Shown in pieces: positions 39,796 through 48,021 of a stretch of 64,000 bases of DNA. The notes beneath the pieces were generated by a model, which had not been told where the DNA came from, made no database searches, and worked only from the letters and a program-made list of their open reading frames with translations. Source of the stretch: Candidatus Latescibacterota bacterium (GTDB lineage: Bacteria; Latescibacterota; UBA2968; UBA8231); NCBI GenBank assembly GCA_965261395.1, contig OZ253462.1:6080001-6144000 (forward strand). Reading direction: 5' to 3'. The position numbers were made by a program, and so were the translations under genes. The first letter of the stretch is position 1. Each line of letters begins with the position of its first letter.

Positions 39796-41733
39796 TCACG
39801 GACGGCCGGGAATGTACAGAAACGGCAACTGCCGCTCAACCGCCTTGTTTCGCGGTAATGCACCCTCTCCATAAAGGCCTCTGAGGCGCTGGGCCTCCGC
39901 GGGATGGTATTTAGACGCGATTTCCAGCACTTGCTCCGCCTTGGGGGCCTGGTCTTGTTGCAAGTACAGATCGATCAACTCGCTATAAGAGCCGTAAAAA
40001 TCAAATGCCGAGGGATTGCGGCGGAGGGCGATTTCGTAGGCTTTTAGGGCCCGGTCGTTTTCCCCGAGCTGGCGGTGGGCCCGCGCCAGGCTGATCCACA
40101 CCATTACTCTTTGCGGATAGACCCTCAACACCCGTTGAAAAGTGGGGATCGCAGCGCCGGCCTGGCCCTGGGCGGCCTGGACAGATGCCAAATTGTACCA
40201 CGCCTGCCAGTAGGCCGAATCAAAGTGTACGGCCCGCTCGAATGCCGCTTGCGCCCTTTCCAGTTCGCCCTCTTTGGCGTAGGCATTGCCCAGATTGTAG
40301 TGCACGGCGGCGTCGCCCTCCATATTCATGGGTGCCAGACCCACATTGGCGAACACCATACAAAAGATCACCCCTGCGGCCATGGCGGCAGTAGCCGAGA
40401 AACAGCGCTGCCGCAGGGCATTTACAGCGCAGTACCCACCATAAGTGGCGTACACCAGCAGCAGGGGAATAACCGGCAGGCGATAACGCGCCGTTACGAA
40501 AAAGGCGATGACGGAAAGGGCGTACAGCACGACAAACAAAAGGGGCAAGGAGAAAGCGCGATGGCGAATGGCCAGTGAGAGGCCCACCAGCGCCAGAGGA
40601 CCGACCAGACCGAAGGGAAAGGCAATGCCCCATTTCCACATAGTCGCGCTCAGGATGGCTGTATAGCGGCGCCAAAAATACAGGTCCTGATTGCGGCCAA
40701 TTTCATCGCCCTGCCAGAAAAGGTGGGTTTTTTGGGCCAGCAGGACCAAATAATCAATGGGTCGGGTGACTAGGTACTCTCGGGCTTTGTCCATGTAAAA
40801 ATCGGATTGCTGCACCAGCCGTTCGGCTTGGGCCTCGACCCTGGCCCGGTTCAACAGTTCGTACCATTCCCATCCCGGCCGGACATTCACCGTGCGCTGG
40901 TAATCCGGATTATTGCCAAGGTAGAAATTGATGCCGGCATTGGAAGAGATGAGCACAGCATCGCCACCGATGGCGTAGTTGCGCAGGGTCACTGGGGCGA
41001 TGGCTACGAGCAAACCCAACAGCAAGGCGCTGGGCAGGAGCAGCTGTTCCTGCAAAGACCGGTTCTGCTTGCGGAGCTCGTAGCAGACGTAGATAGCGGC
41101 TCCGAGCGCGAAGCTGAGCACGGTGGCCACCGTCAGAACGGCCAGACCAAACACCAGGCCCGCCCCGGCAAATCGCAGAAAAGAGGGGCGACGAAGGGCC
41201 CTAAGCAGCAGCGCCAATCCCGCCATATTGAGAAAATTACCCATCGTGGCCGGAAGTATTTCGCCGTCAAAAAAGATCAGCGGGCCATAGAGGGCGGCAG
41301 CGCCGGCCGCCGCCGCGCCGACCGCGGTATTGAAAAGCTGCCGTCCTATCGACCAAGTCAGGACGCAGAGCAAAGCGCCGCAGAGCGCCTGAAAAAAGCG
41401 TACCGCGTAAAAAAATAAATCGGGAGAGAGAGCATATAACAGGCCCAGCATATAGGGATATAGAGGCGGTTGCCAGAAGGCTTCCCGACCCTGTCCCAGC
41501 CAGTTCCCCGATGCTAGGTCCTGGGCGTGCCCTACGTAGGTGAGGCCGTCGACGGGGGGGTGGGCAAACAAAGGACTGGTCTCGATCTGGAAGATGTAGG
41601 CCACCCGCATGGCCAAAGCCAGGACGAATACACCCCACGGAATGGAGAAAATGCCAAAAGATTCGGCTTGTGTGCGCTTTTTAAACAATTTTAACGCCGC
41701 GCTAAATGAGCGATATAGATGTTTTATCAACAT
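39796..41733 (-). CDS. GT-C fold (PMT_2/ArnT-like) glycosyltransferase with C-terminal TPRs
   Basis: 'PVDGLTY', 'FWQPPLYPY', 'NAGINFYLGNN', 'FFVTARYRLP', about 11 TM, then four TPRs. Confidence 0.85.
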   Translation of the reverse strand: MLIKHLYRSFSAALKLFKKRTQAESFGIFSIPWGVFVLALAMRVAYIFQIETSPLFAHPPVDGLTYVGHAQDLASGNWLGQGREAFWQPPLYPYMLGLLYALSPDLFFYAVRFFQALCGALLCVLTWSIGRQLFNTAVGAAAAGAAALYGPLIFFDGEILPATMGNFLNMAGLALLLRALRRPSFLRFAGAGLVFGLAVLTVATVLSFALGAAIYVCYELRKQNRSLQEQLLLPSALLLGLLVAIAPVTLRNYAIGGDAVLISSNAGINFYLGNNPDYQRTVNVRPGWEWYELLNRARVEAQAERLVQQSDFYMDKAREYLVTRPIDYLVLLAQKTHLFWQGDEIGRNQDLYFWRRYTAILSATMWKWGIAFPFGLVGPLALVGLSLAIRHRAFSLPLLFVVLYALSVIAFFVTARYRLPVIPLLLVYATYGGYCAVNALRQRCFSATAAMAAGVIFCMVFANVGLAPMNMEGDAAVHYNLGNAYAKEGELERAQAAFERAVHFDSAYWQAWYNLASVQAAQGQAGAAIPTFQRVLRVYPQRVMVWISLARAHRQLGENDRALKAYEIALRRNPSAFDFYGSYSELIDLYLQQDQAPKAEQVLEIASKYHPAEAQRLRGLYGEGALPRNKAVERQLPFLYIPGRP

Positions 41734-41775
41734 AAATCATACATTTGCTGCGTCCCAATTGGCCATAAGAAAACA

Positions 41776-41813
41776 TTGACTTGCAGTCTATAGATGGTTA
41801 TCTATACTAAAAT
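41776..41813 (+). promoter_or_regulatory. Divergent promoter region containing an 18-bp palindrome
   Basis: TTGACT (41776), TATACT/TAAAAT downstream; TATAGAT-GGTT-ATCTATA at 41789-41806. Confidence 0.4.
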
Positions 41814-41883
41814 GGTAGCTACAAAAAGACAGTGCAGCCTCTCCAATCCATAAGCTCTCTTGCCCTTCCATAAGGAGGAATCT

Positions 41884-42801
41884 ATGAGTAAGCTCTTAAA
41901 AGGTGTTGTGGCCTTTGCCATAGCGATCGGCTTTACCACATCCGCTGGTGCCCACGATCCGCCGGGCATAATCTTCGAGATGTGGCAATGGCCCACTTCG
42001 CAATTACCGGTTCTGGATGCCGATTTGTCTGAGTGGGATGTCGTGCCAGAGGAGTTGTGGATCACCGAACAGGATCTAAACAACCTCTTGATCACCCAAA
42101 TTGATGTCACTGATACCGAGCCGGATGCGTCTGACTTAGCCGTGCGTTTTACCTTTGGCTGGAACGACGAAACCGAGCGCATCTACTTGGCTTATGATCG
42201 CTACGATGACTATTGGAGCCACCAGCGCGACGATATCGAACTGGCCGTCGATGCCGATCACTCGGGTGGGCTCTACTGGAGTTCGGAAGGGCAGAGCGAT
42301 GAGGAAGCGCAACGTCAGCGAAACCGCCACGCCCAGATTTCCCACTTCTTCTTCCACAGCAAAACGGAAGAGGTTGGAGTACCTTGGAACTGGCACTGGA
42401 TGACCCAGGCCGATTGGTATCGGGGGGAACCTTATTCCGATGGCGCCTATCAGTGGACCGAGCCCGAACTGGGCCAGGAATACAACTGGCAAATCGAGCT
42501 GTGGCACGTGTGGTGGGACGATTTCAACTGGCAAGATCCCGAAGGCAGTATCATCCACGATCTGCAAGAAGGGGAGATCATCGGCTTGGCAGCCCGCCAC
42601 AAGGACGGGGACGTGGGCCTGTGCTGCGGCAATGAAGAGACCGGCGAAGTCTTCTCCGACTGGGCCCTCAACTTCAATGAATCTTCCGAAAACGCCGACT
42701 TCCTACCGGACTGGGTTCTCTTGCCAGTCAACACGGAACTGCTAGCGACGGCCGTTGAAAACGATACTTGGGGCCATATCAAGGCCTCTTTCAATCGGTA
42801 A
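41884..42801 (+). CDS. Exported CBM9/DOMON-like sugar-binding-fold protein with C-terminal TAVExxTWGxIK tail
   Basis: RBS AGGAGG; signal peptide ending AGA; 'PVLDADLSEW', 'GWNDETERIYLA..DD', 'IELAVDADHSGG', 'LQEGEIIGL..D.D'; tail TAVENDTWGHIKASFNR. Confidence 0.65.
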   Translation: MSKLLKGVVAFAIAIGFTTSAGAHDPPGIIFEMWQWPTSQLPVLDADLSEWDVVPEELWITEQDLNNLLITQIDVTDTEPDASDLAVRFTFGWNDETERIYLAYDRYDDYWSHQRDDIELAVDADHSGGLYWSSEGQSDEEAQRQRNRHAQISHFFFHSKTEEVGVPWNWHWMTQADWYRGEPYSDGAYQWTEPELGQEYNWQIELWHVWWDDFNWQDPEGSIIHDLQEGEIIGLAARHKDGDVGLCCGNEETGEVFSDWALNFNESSENADFLPDWVLLPVNTELLATAVENDTWGHIKASFNR

Positions 42802-42824
42802 AAGCTCCAACCGTTTAATTTTTG

Positions 42825-42870
42825 CTACAAACTCTCCCGCTGGCTCTGGCTACAGCGGGAGAGTTTGTAG
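42825..42870 (+). terminator. Rho-independent terminator-like hairpin
   Basis: 18-bp perfect stem CTACAAACTCTCCCGCTG / CAGCGGGAGAGTTTGTAG with 10-nt loop, just after the stop at 42801. Confidence 0.7.
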
Positions 42871-42924
42871 TATTGGTCCCAGTTCGAGGCCGGTCCAACT
42901 CATAATCTGTGAACGAAACGAGAG

Positions 42925-43722
42925 GTGAATGAGTTGACCGAGTGGCAACAGGCCGAATACGAAAGCCAGGGTTATCTCCTCGTCGAAGATGCCCTGAGTG
43001 CAGATGAGCTCGACCGCGTCCGACGCGCTTTTGCTGAGGCCGCGCAGGTAGGCGCTCTGGAAGATCTGCCCAATCAAGACGACTGTTTCATCCACCTGGC
43101 AGAACATCCGCATCTGTTCCCAATAATTCATCGGATCTTATCCGACGATGTGTCTCTGCGCTCCCTTGCCGCTATCTCAGTCGAGCCCGGAGCAGCCGGC
43201 AGGGGTTGGCACCGGCAGGTCGCCGGCATGATCGGGGTCCATCATGCCGCCTCCAACCTGTGCCTCCAGCTATTTGTGTGCATAGACGATACCCCACCCG
43301 ACGGTGGCTGTCTGGCCGTGGTTCCGGCGAGCCACCGTTTCAAAGCTGAAGTCCCGTTTCCCGATATCACCTACATAGAAGAGATGCCCCACCACCTGCC
43401 GCTGCGCCTAAAGGCGGGGTCGGCCGCAGTGCTGCACGGCAATCTCTGGCAGGCGCGCACAGGCAACCGCGCTTTTGTAGCTCTGCGACTGCTCGAATAC
43501 TCCTACGTCCATAGCTGGATGCGACAGGCCTTGCCAGAGCTATCGCCGCAGGCGCTGGAGACGATCTCTGCCAGAGATAACCTCGCCCACCTTTTTGGCG
43601 TCGCCGCCGCGCCCAGTTATTGGACGGGCAAGGTAAAGGGCTATCCGAGCTCGGATGGCCTTCCTCAGAGACGCTACTCGCCGTTGGGCAGCGTCGGCAA
43701 GGGCACCGAGCCAAATCATTAA
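42925..43722 (+). CDS. PhyH-family protein lacking canonical Fe ligands (probable pseudo-enzyme)
   Basis: PhyH fold motifs ('QGYLLVEDALS','LAVVPASH') but WHRQ instead of HxD and LWQAR instead of xWHAR; true start may be TTG 42934. Confidence 0.75.
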   Translation: MNELTEWQQAEYESQGYLLVEDALSADELDRVRRAFAEAAQVGALEDLPNQDDCFIHLAEHPHLFPIIHRILSDDVSLRSLAAISVEPGAAGRGWHRQVAGMIGVHHAASNLCLQLFVCIDDTPPDGGCLAVVPASHRFKAEVPFPDITYIEEMPHHLPLRLKAGSAAVLHGNLWQARTGNRAFVALRLLEYSYVHSWMRQALPELSPQALETISARDNLAHLFGVAAAPSYWTGKVKGYPSSDGLPQRRYSPLGSVGKGTEPNH

Positions 43723-43755
43723 ATTGCCAAACTTTATGAAAAACTGGGCCCCAAT

Positions 43756-44514
43756 ATGACACCTGAACAAGTTAGGCAACAGTATAACTCACAGGGATTT
43801 GTCTTTATCCGCGGGGCGCTGTCGGGTGCCGAGGTGGAGCGGGTACTCAATGCCTTCGACCAGGCGGCGAAGAATGACTCGCTTTACGACCTTCTCCATC
43901 AGGACGAGGTGTTCGTCGATATGGTGGACCACCCCGTCATCTTCCCAGTCGTGCGAGCGGTTCTAGGGGAGGATGTGCAACTGCGCTATGCCCATGGAGG
44001 CGTCAGGGAAGCCAACACCGAATCGGGCGGCGGCTGGCACTGCGATCTTTGCGACATAATGGGCGTGTATTTGCCGGACTCGCTGATCATGACCAAAGTC
44101 TTCACCTATCTGGTGGACGTCCCCGAAAACGGTGCCACCTTCGCCATCGTTCCCGGCAGTCATCGCTTTGCGATGGGACATCCCTTGCCCGACATTGAGA
44201 ATCACGAGGATATGCCACATCACGCCAAGTTAACGGCCAAAGCCGGCGACGCAGTGCTCTTCAACGGCTACTGCTGGCACGCCCGCTTTCACAACCGCAG
44301 TAACAGCGACCGCAAAGTGCTCGAGTACTCGTACGTCCACTCGTGGATGAAGACGCAGTACGACTACCGGGACCTGCCCGCGTCCATTCAGCAGCGGATT
44401 ACCCAATCCCACAATCGGCGCCAGCTCTTCGGCGTCCCAGAGCCCGGAGTGAGTGATTGGGAGCGGAGACTTGAAGGCGGTGAACCCAATCGCCCAATCG
44501 AAGTCGGCATTTGA
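43756..44514 (+). CDS. PhyH-family Fe(II)/2OG dioxygenase
   Basis: WHCD, 'IVPGSH', 'AGDAVLFNGYCWHAR', 'DRK'. Confidence 0.85.
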   Translation: MTPEQVRQQYNSQGFVFIRGALSGAEVERVLNAFDQAAKNDSLYDLLHQDEVFVDMVDHPVIFPVVRAVLGEDVQLRYAHGGVREANTESGGGWHCDLCDIMGVYLPDSLIMTKVFTYLVDVPENGATFAIVPGSHRFAMGHPLPDIENHEDMPHHAKLTAKAGDAVLFNGYCWHARFHNRSNSDRKVLEYSYVHSWMKTQYDYRDLPASIQQRITQSHNRRQLFGVPEPGVSDWERRLEGGEPNRPIEVGI

Positions 44515-44522
44515 ATAACTTC

Positions 44523-46463
44523 TCACATGTAGGTTATGACATTGCCGCTCCCGCCCAGCAACGTATCGATGATGGCCCAGAAAGCGGCGACGGAGACTTC
44601 GCCTAAGATCAAGCCCAAGAAAAAGGGCTTTAAAACGCGGTAGATCTTGGGACCGCCAAAGTGCAGAATCGTCAATTTGCACAGCCAGGCGAGCAGGGCG
44701 GCAAACCATATCTCGCTGGTGAGCCAGCCAATGGCCAAAGGAAAACCCAAAGGGTGGAACGGCCACCAGTACCAGCGCTTCTGGGCGACCATCAGAAAAG
44801 CCTCGAAGACACCACCGAGGCCGGTGAAGACCCAACCGCGCACATCCATCCCCCGGGGATTGTGCATCAGCGACAACCACAGGTCCCAGTTGCCGCCAAA
44901 GCCGGCATAGGACCCTAGGTTGATGCCGCCATAGGTGTACCCCAGATGCAAATTCATCGCCGTCCCGCCGACCATACTGCACACCAGAGCCAGTAGCAGG
45001 CCCAGCAAAAGGCGCCTCTTCGAGCCGCGGACCGATTCGGCCAGCTTGAGCGCGTTAGCGCAGGCGAGCATGGGGAAGAGGCGCATTTCCGCCTGCCACA
45101 CCATAGTGAAGCACAGGGCTACCATGCCTTTGGCACCCAGAATCGAAGTGCCTAGTCCCGAGATGATGAAATAAGGTGCCACTAGCGGGGGCCGGGCCGT
45201 GGGCACACCACCGGCCGCGACGACCCGGGTGATGAGAATGTAGTAGATCAGGCAAATGAAGAGAAAAACGGGAATGACGAGGGGGGGAAGCCCCGAGCGC
45301 CACAGCCAGAAACAGACAAAGAGCAAACTGGCGATCAGACCAAAAAAAGCCAGGCGGTAGGACATCAGCTCCTCGCTGTCGTCGACGCCACTGGCCGGCC
45401 GCCAGGCCGTGGCTACCACATCCCGCAAGTGGTGCCTGGCCGTCCACAAGCCAAAGAGTACAAAGACTATGGTAGCGCCCACGGCCTGATGGGTCAGATC
45501 TGCCAACTGGGAGTACTCGTACTGACTCAGCTGCTCGGTGCTGTGAATGCCCAAGGTGCGGAAGAGTCCGTCCTGGAGCTTGCCTATTAAAAAAAAGAAC
45601 CAAATGCTGAGGGAAATATTCAAATCGACCAGATAGAAAAACCCAAGCCAGGCGTAACTAAGCGCCAGGCCTTCTCCCCAGGTGTTGATATCGCGAAACC
45701 AGTGAATCCAGGCGATGTAAAAGGGAAATTCGGGCACGATCGGCAGGTAGTGGTTTAACCCCGAAAAACTGAATAGAATGAAAGGCACGCCAAAGCCGAG
45801 CCACATCAGTTTTTTAAAAAAAAAGGGTGCCACCTGTCCCGGACTCGTGCCTTCGATCATCTGCAGGGGTAGCTGCGTCATAGGATAACTAAGACGCTCG
45901 TGGGCCGACCACTGACGATGTAAAATAGTGGCCATGCATATCATCATAAAGCTCAAGCATAAAAAGAAAGCAAACCAGTGCGACAGGGGTTCGATCCACG
46001 CGGCCCAGGGTATGGATTGGCCGCTTGGCAATCCCTCGTAGAGTGCAAAAATGGCCTTTTCATCTTGGGGTACCATCCAGTCAGGGATATGAGGTAGATA
46101 AACTTCGGCGAAATTGTTCTCCGGCGAGGCCATGTAGTAGGGGGAGGAAATCATGCCGATCAGATAGTTAAGGAAATTGTAGGTCGGCAGGGTTACCGCC
46201 ATCAGCAGCATGGAGTAAACGAGGATGAGGTCGGCCCGGCCCAGGGCAAACTGACGCTTAATCAGCCCGAGGACGAGGTTGACGAAGAGGGTGAGCACAA
46301 AAAAGAAAAAGATGGCACCGGGCGACGAACTGTTGATACCCACGGAGGAGGCCTGAAGCATAAAGACAACAAAGGGCGCGCAGAGGCTGACTATCAGTGA
46401 GAAGAGGGCCCCGACAACGATGCCTTTGAAGGTGAACGGGGATTTAATGGGTTCAGGTGGCAT
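44523..46463 (-). CDS. DUF6785/DUF6784-type polytopic membrane protein (OPT-like putative transporter)
   Basis: About 16 TM; 'RQWSAHERLSYP', 'WWPFHPLGF', 'KPFFLGLILGE'; paralog of 57317-59311. Confidence 0.75.
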   Translation of the reverse strand: MPPEPIKSPFTFKGIVVGALFSLIVSLCAPFVVFMLQASSVGINSSSPGAIFFFFVLTLFVNLVLGLIKRQFALGRADLILVYSMLLMAVTLPTYNFLNYLIGMISSPYYMASPENNFAEVYLPHIPDWMVPQDEKAIFALYEGLPSGQSIPWAAWIEPLSHWFAFFLCLSFMMICMATILHRQWSAHERLSYPMTQLPLQMIEGTSPGQVAPFFFKKLMWLGFGVPFILFSFSGLNHYLPIVPEFPFYIAWIHWFRDINTWGEGLALSYAWLGFFYLVDLNISLSIWFFFLIGKLQDGLFRTLGIHSTEQLSQYEYSQLADLTHQAVGATIVFVLFGLWTARHHLRDVVATAWRPASGVDDSEELMSYRLAFFGLIASLLFVCFWLWRSGLPPLVIPVFLFICLIYYILITRVVAAGGVPTARPPLVAPYFIISGLGTSILGAKGMVALCFTMVWQAEMRLFPMLACANALKLAESVRGSKRRLLLGLLLALVCSMVGGTAMNLHLGYTYGGINLGSYAGFGGNWDLWLSLMHNPRGMDVRGWVFTGLGGVFEAFLMVAQKRWYWWPFHPLGFPLAIGWLTSEIWFAALLAWLCKLTILHFGGPKIYRVLKPFFLGLILGEVSVAAFWAIIDTLLGGSGNVITYM

Positions 46464-46497
46464 GGGTGAGGTGGACCGGCTAGAGGTTGGGCCGTAT

Positions 46498-47367
46498 TCA
46501 GCGCTGGACGTACTTGTAGGCAGCAGCTGCGTTCTGCCACCAGTATTTCTGCACTGCTAATGTCCCCTTGGATTCGAAATAAGCGCCGACAATGGCCTGC
46601 ACGGTGGCGTGGTCGCTCGATATTTCACACACCGGCCAGTTGGAGCCGTATATGAGCCGGTCCTCACCAAACGCGTCCCACAACACTTCCAGCGTGGGCA
46701 GGTAAAATTCGAGGGCGGCCGGGGCCGGCTGCACCTGACTGTACTCTACTAGGCCGGAAACCTTGCAAAAAATCTGCGGCCAGGCCGCCGCTGTGCGCAC
46801 GTATTCGACCCAGTCGGGATCGGGCGCCTGGCCGTCTATCTTTGGCTGGCCGCAGTGGTTGAGCACCCAGCGCAGATCGGGCACTTGGCGCGCCACCACC
46901 CATAGCAATTCGGCCTGCTGGGGGGACACGCTGATATCCACTTGTAGGTCGTGGTCGGCCATTGTCCTGGCGCGCTCGATGGCACTGCCGTCGTCTGCGA
47001 CAAATTCAGAGCCAGCGCGAATACCTCTATACAGCGGATCGGCGGCAAAACGCTCGATGTGGGCACCGAAGCCGGGTCCGGAATCGACGTGCCCGACGAC
47101 TCCGACGATCCAAGAGTCGCTGGCGGCCAGGTCGAGGAGCCACTGGTTATCTTCGAGCCAGACACTAGCCGCCGTCGCTACGGTGCCGCCGACGCCGGTG
47201 GGTTCGGCCACTGCTCTGTGGTGCTCCGGCAGTACGGTCCGGTAAATGAGCCCGTCCTCTTTATTGGGCCAGGGCACTCCCTGCGGGCGATGAGGATCGT
47301 AGAAATGGGTATGAGCGTCGATGATCACTAATAGCCTCTCATGTGTCCTTGTTTTGGCAATGGACAA
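46498..47367 (-). CDS. Amidohydrolase family protein (Amidohydro_2, L-fuconolactonase-like)
   Basis: 'IIDAHTHFYD', 'VLNHCGQP', 'CKVSGL', 'FGEDRLIYGSNWPV'; start may be GTG 47328. Confidence 0.85.
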   Translation of the reverse strand: MSIAKTRTHERLLVIIDAHTHFYDPHRPQGVPWPNKEDGLIYRTVLPEHHRAVAEPTGVGGTVATAASVWLEDNQWLLDLAASDSWIVGVVGHVDSGPGFGAHIERFAADPLYRGIRAGSEFVADDGSAIERARTMADHDLQVDISVSPQQAELLWVVARQVPDLRWVLNHCGQPKIDGQAPDPDWVEYVRTAAAWPQIFCKVSGLVEYSQVQPAPAALEFYLPTLEVLWDAFGEDRLIYGSNWPVCEISSDHATVQAIVGAYFESKGTLAVQKYWWQNAAAAYKYVQR

Positions 47368-47482
47368 TGCCCCTGCGATCCCCAGTTTTGGCTGGACCGA
47401 ATTAGTTATATATTCGCTCTCGATCGCTGGCCCATTTCCCGACGCTGGCTATTTTTCGATTTGGCAAGGAGGAGTTGAACTC

Positions 47483-48010
47483 ATGGAGGAAGATGAATAT
47501 CGCCTAGACCACTATCCGAGTGGAAAAATAAAAAGCCGAGCCAGCTACAAAGATGGAAAACTGCACGGAAAGAGGATCGAGTATTACGAAAGCGGGAAGA
47601 TATGCAAAGAAGGCACATACGACAACGGCCATAAGGACGGACAATGGGTCGCCTACGACGCCGATGGTGGGGTAGAATACAAAGGGGAATACAAAAACGG
47701 GCAAAAACATGGTAAATGGGTCGGATATTTCGCTAGCGGTGAGCTGCGCTACGAGGGCCGCTTTAAGGATGATAAAAGCGAGGGAAGATGGGTCGAGTAT
47801 TACAGAAATGGAAAAGTAAAAGAAGAGATAAACTATAAAAATGGGCGATTTGACGGGAAGTGGATTTATGTGGACGAGAACGAACAACTAAGAGGGGAAG
47901 GCACTTTTGCCATGGGAAGCGGGAAGTGGATCGAATTTGACCCAACCGGGAAAAAGGTCCAGGAGAGACTCTATAGAAACGGAGCGTATATCAAGGTCGT
48001 ATCTGCGTAG
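47483..48010 (+). CDS. MORN-repeat-variant protein (YwqK antitoxin-like)
   Basis: ATG 47483 after AGGAGG; about six 24-aa repeats 'YKDGKLHGKRIEYYESGKICKEG'; A/G-rich, lower GC than flanks. Confidence 0.8.
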   Translation: MEEDEYRLDHYPSGKIKSRASYKDGKLHGKRIEYYESGKICKEGTYDNGHKDGQWVAYDADGGVEYKGEYKNGQKHGKWVGYFASGELRYEGRFKDDKSEGRWVEYYRNGKVKEEINYKNGRFDGKWIYVDENEQLRGEGTFAMGSGKWIEFDPTGKKVQERLYRNGAYIKVVSA

Positions 48011-48021
48011 GTGAGCCCCCA

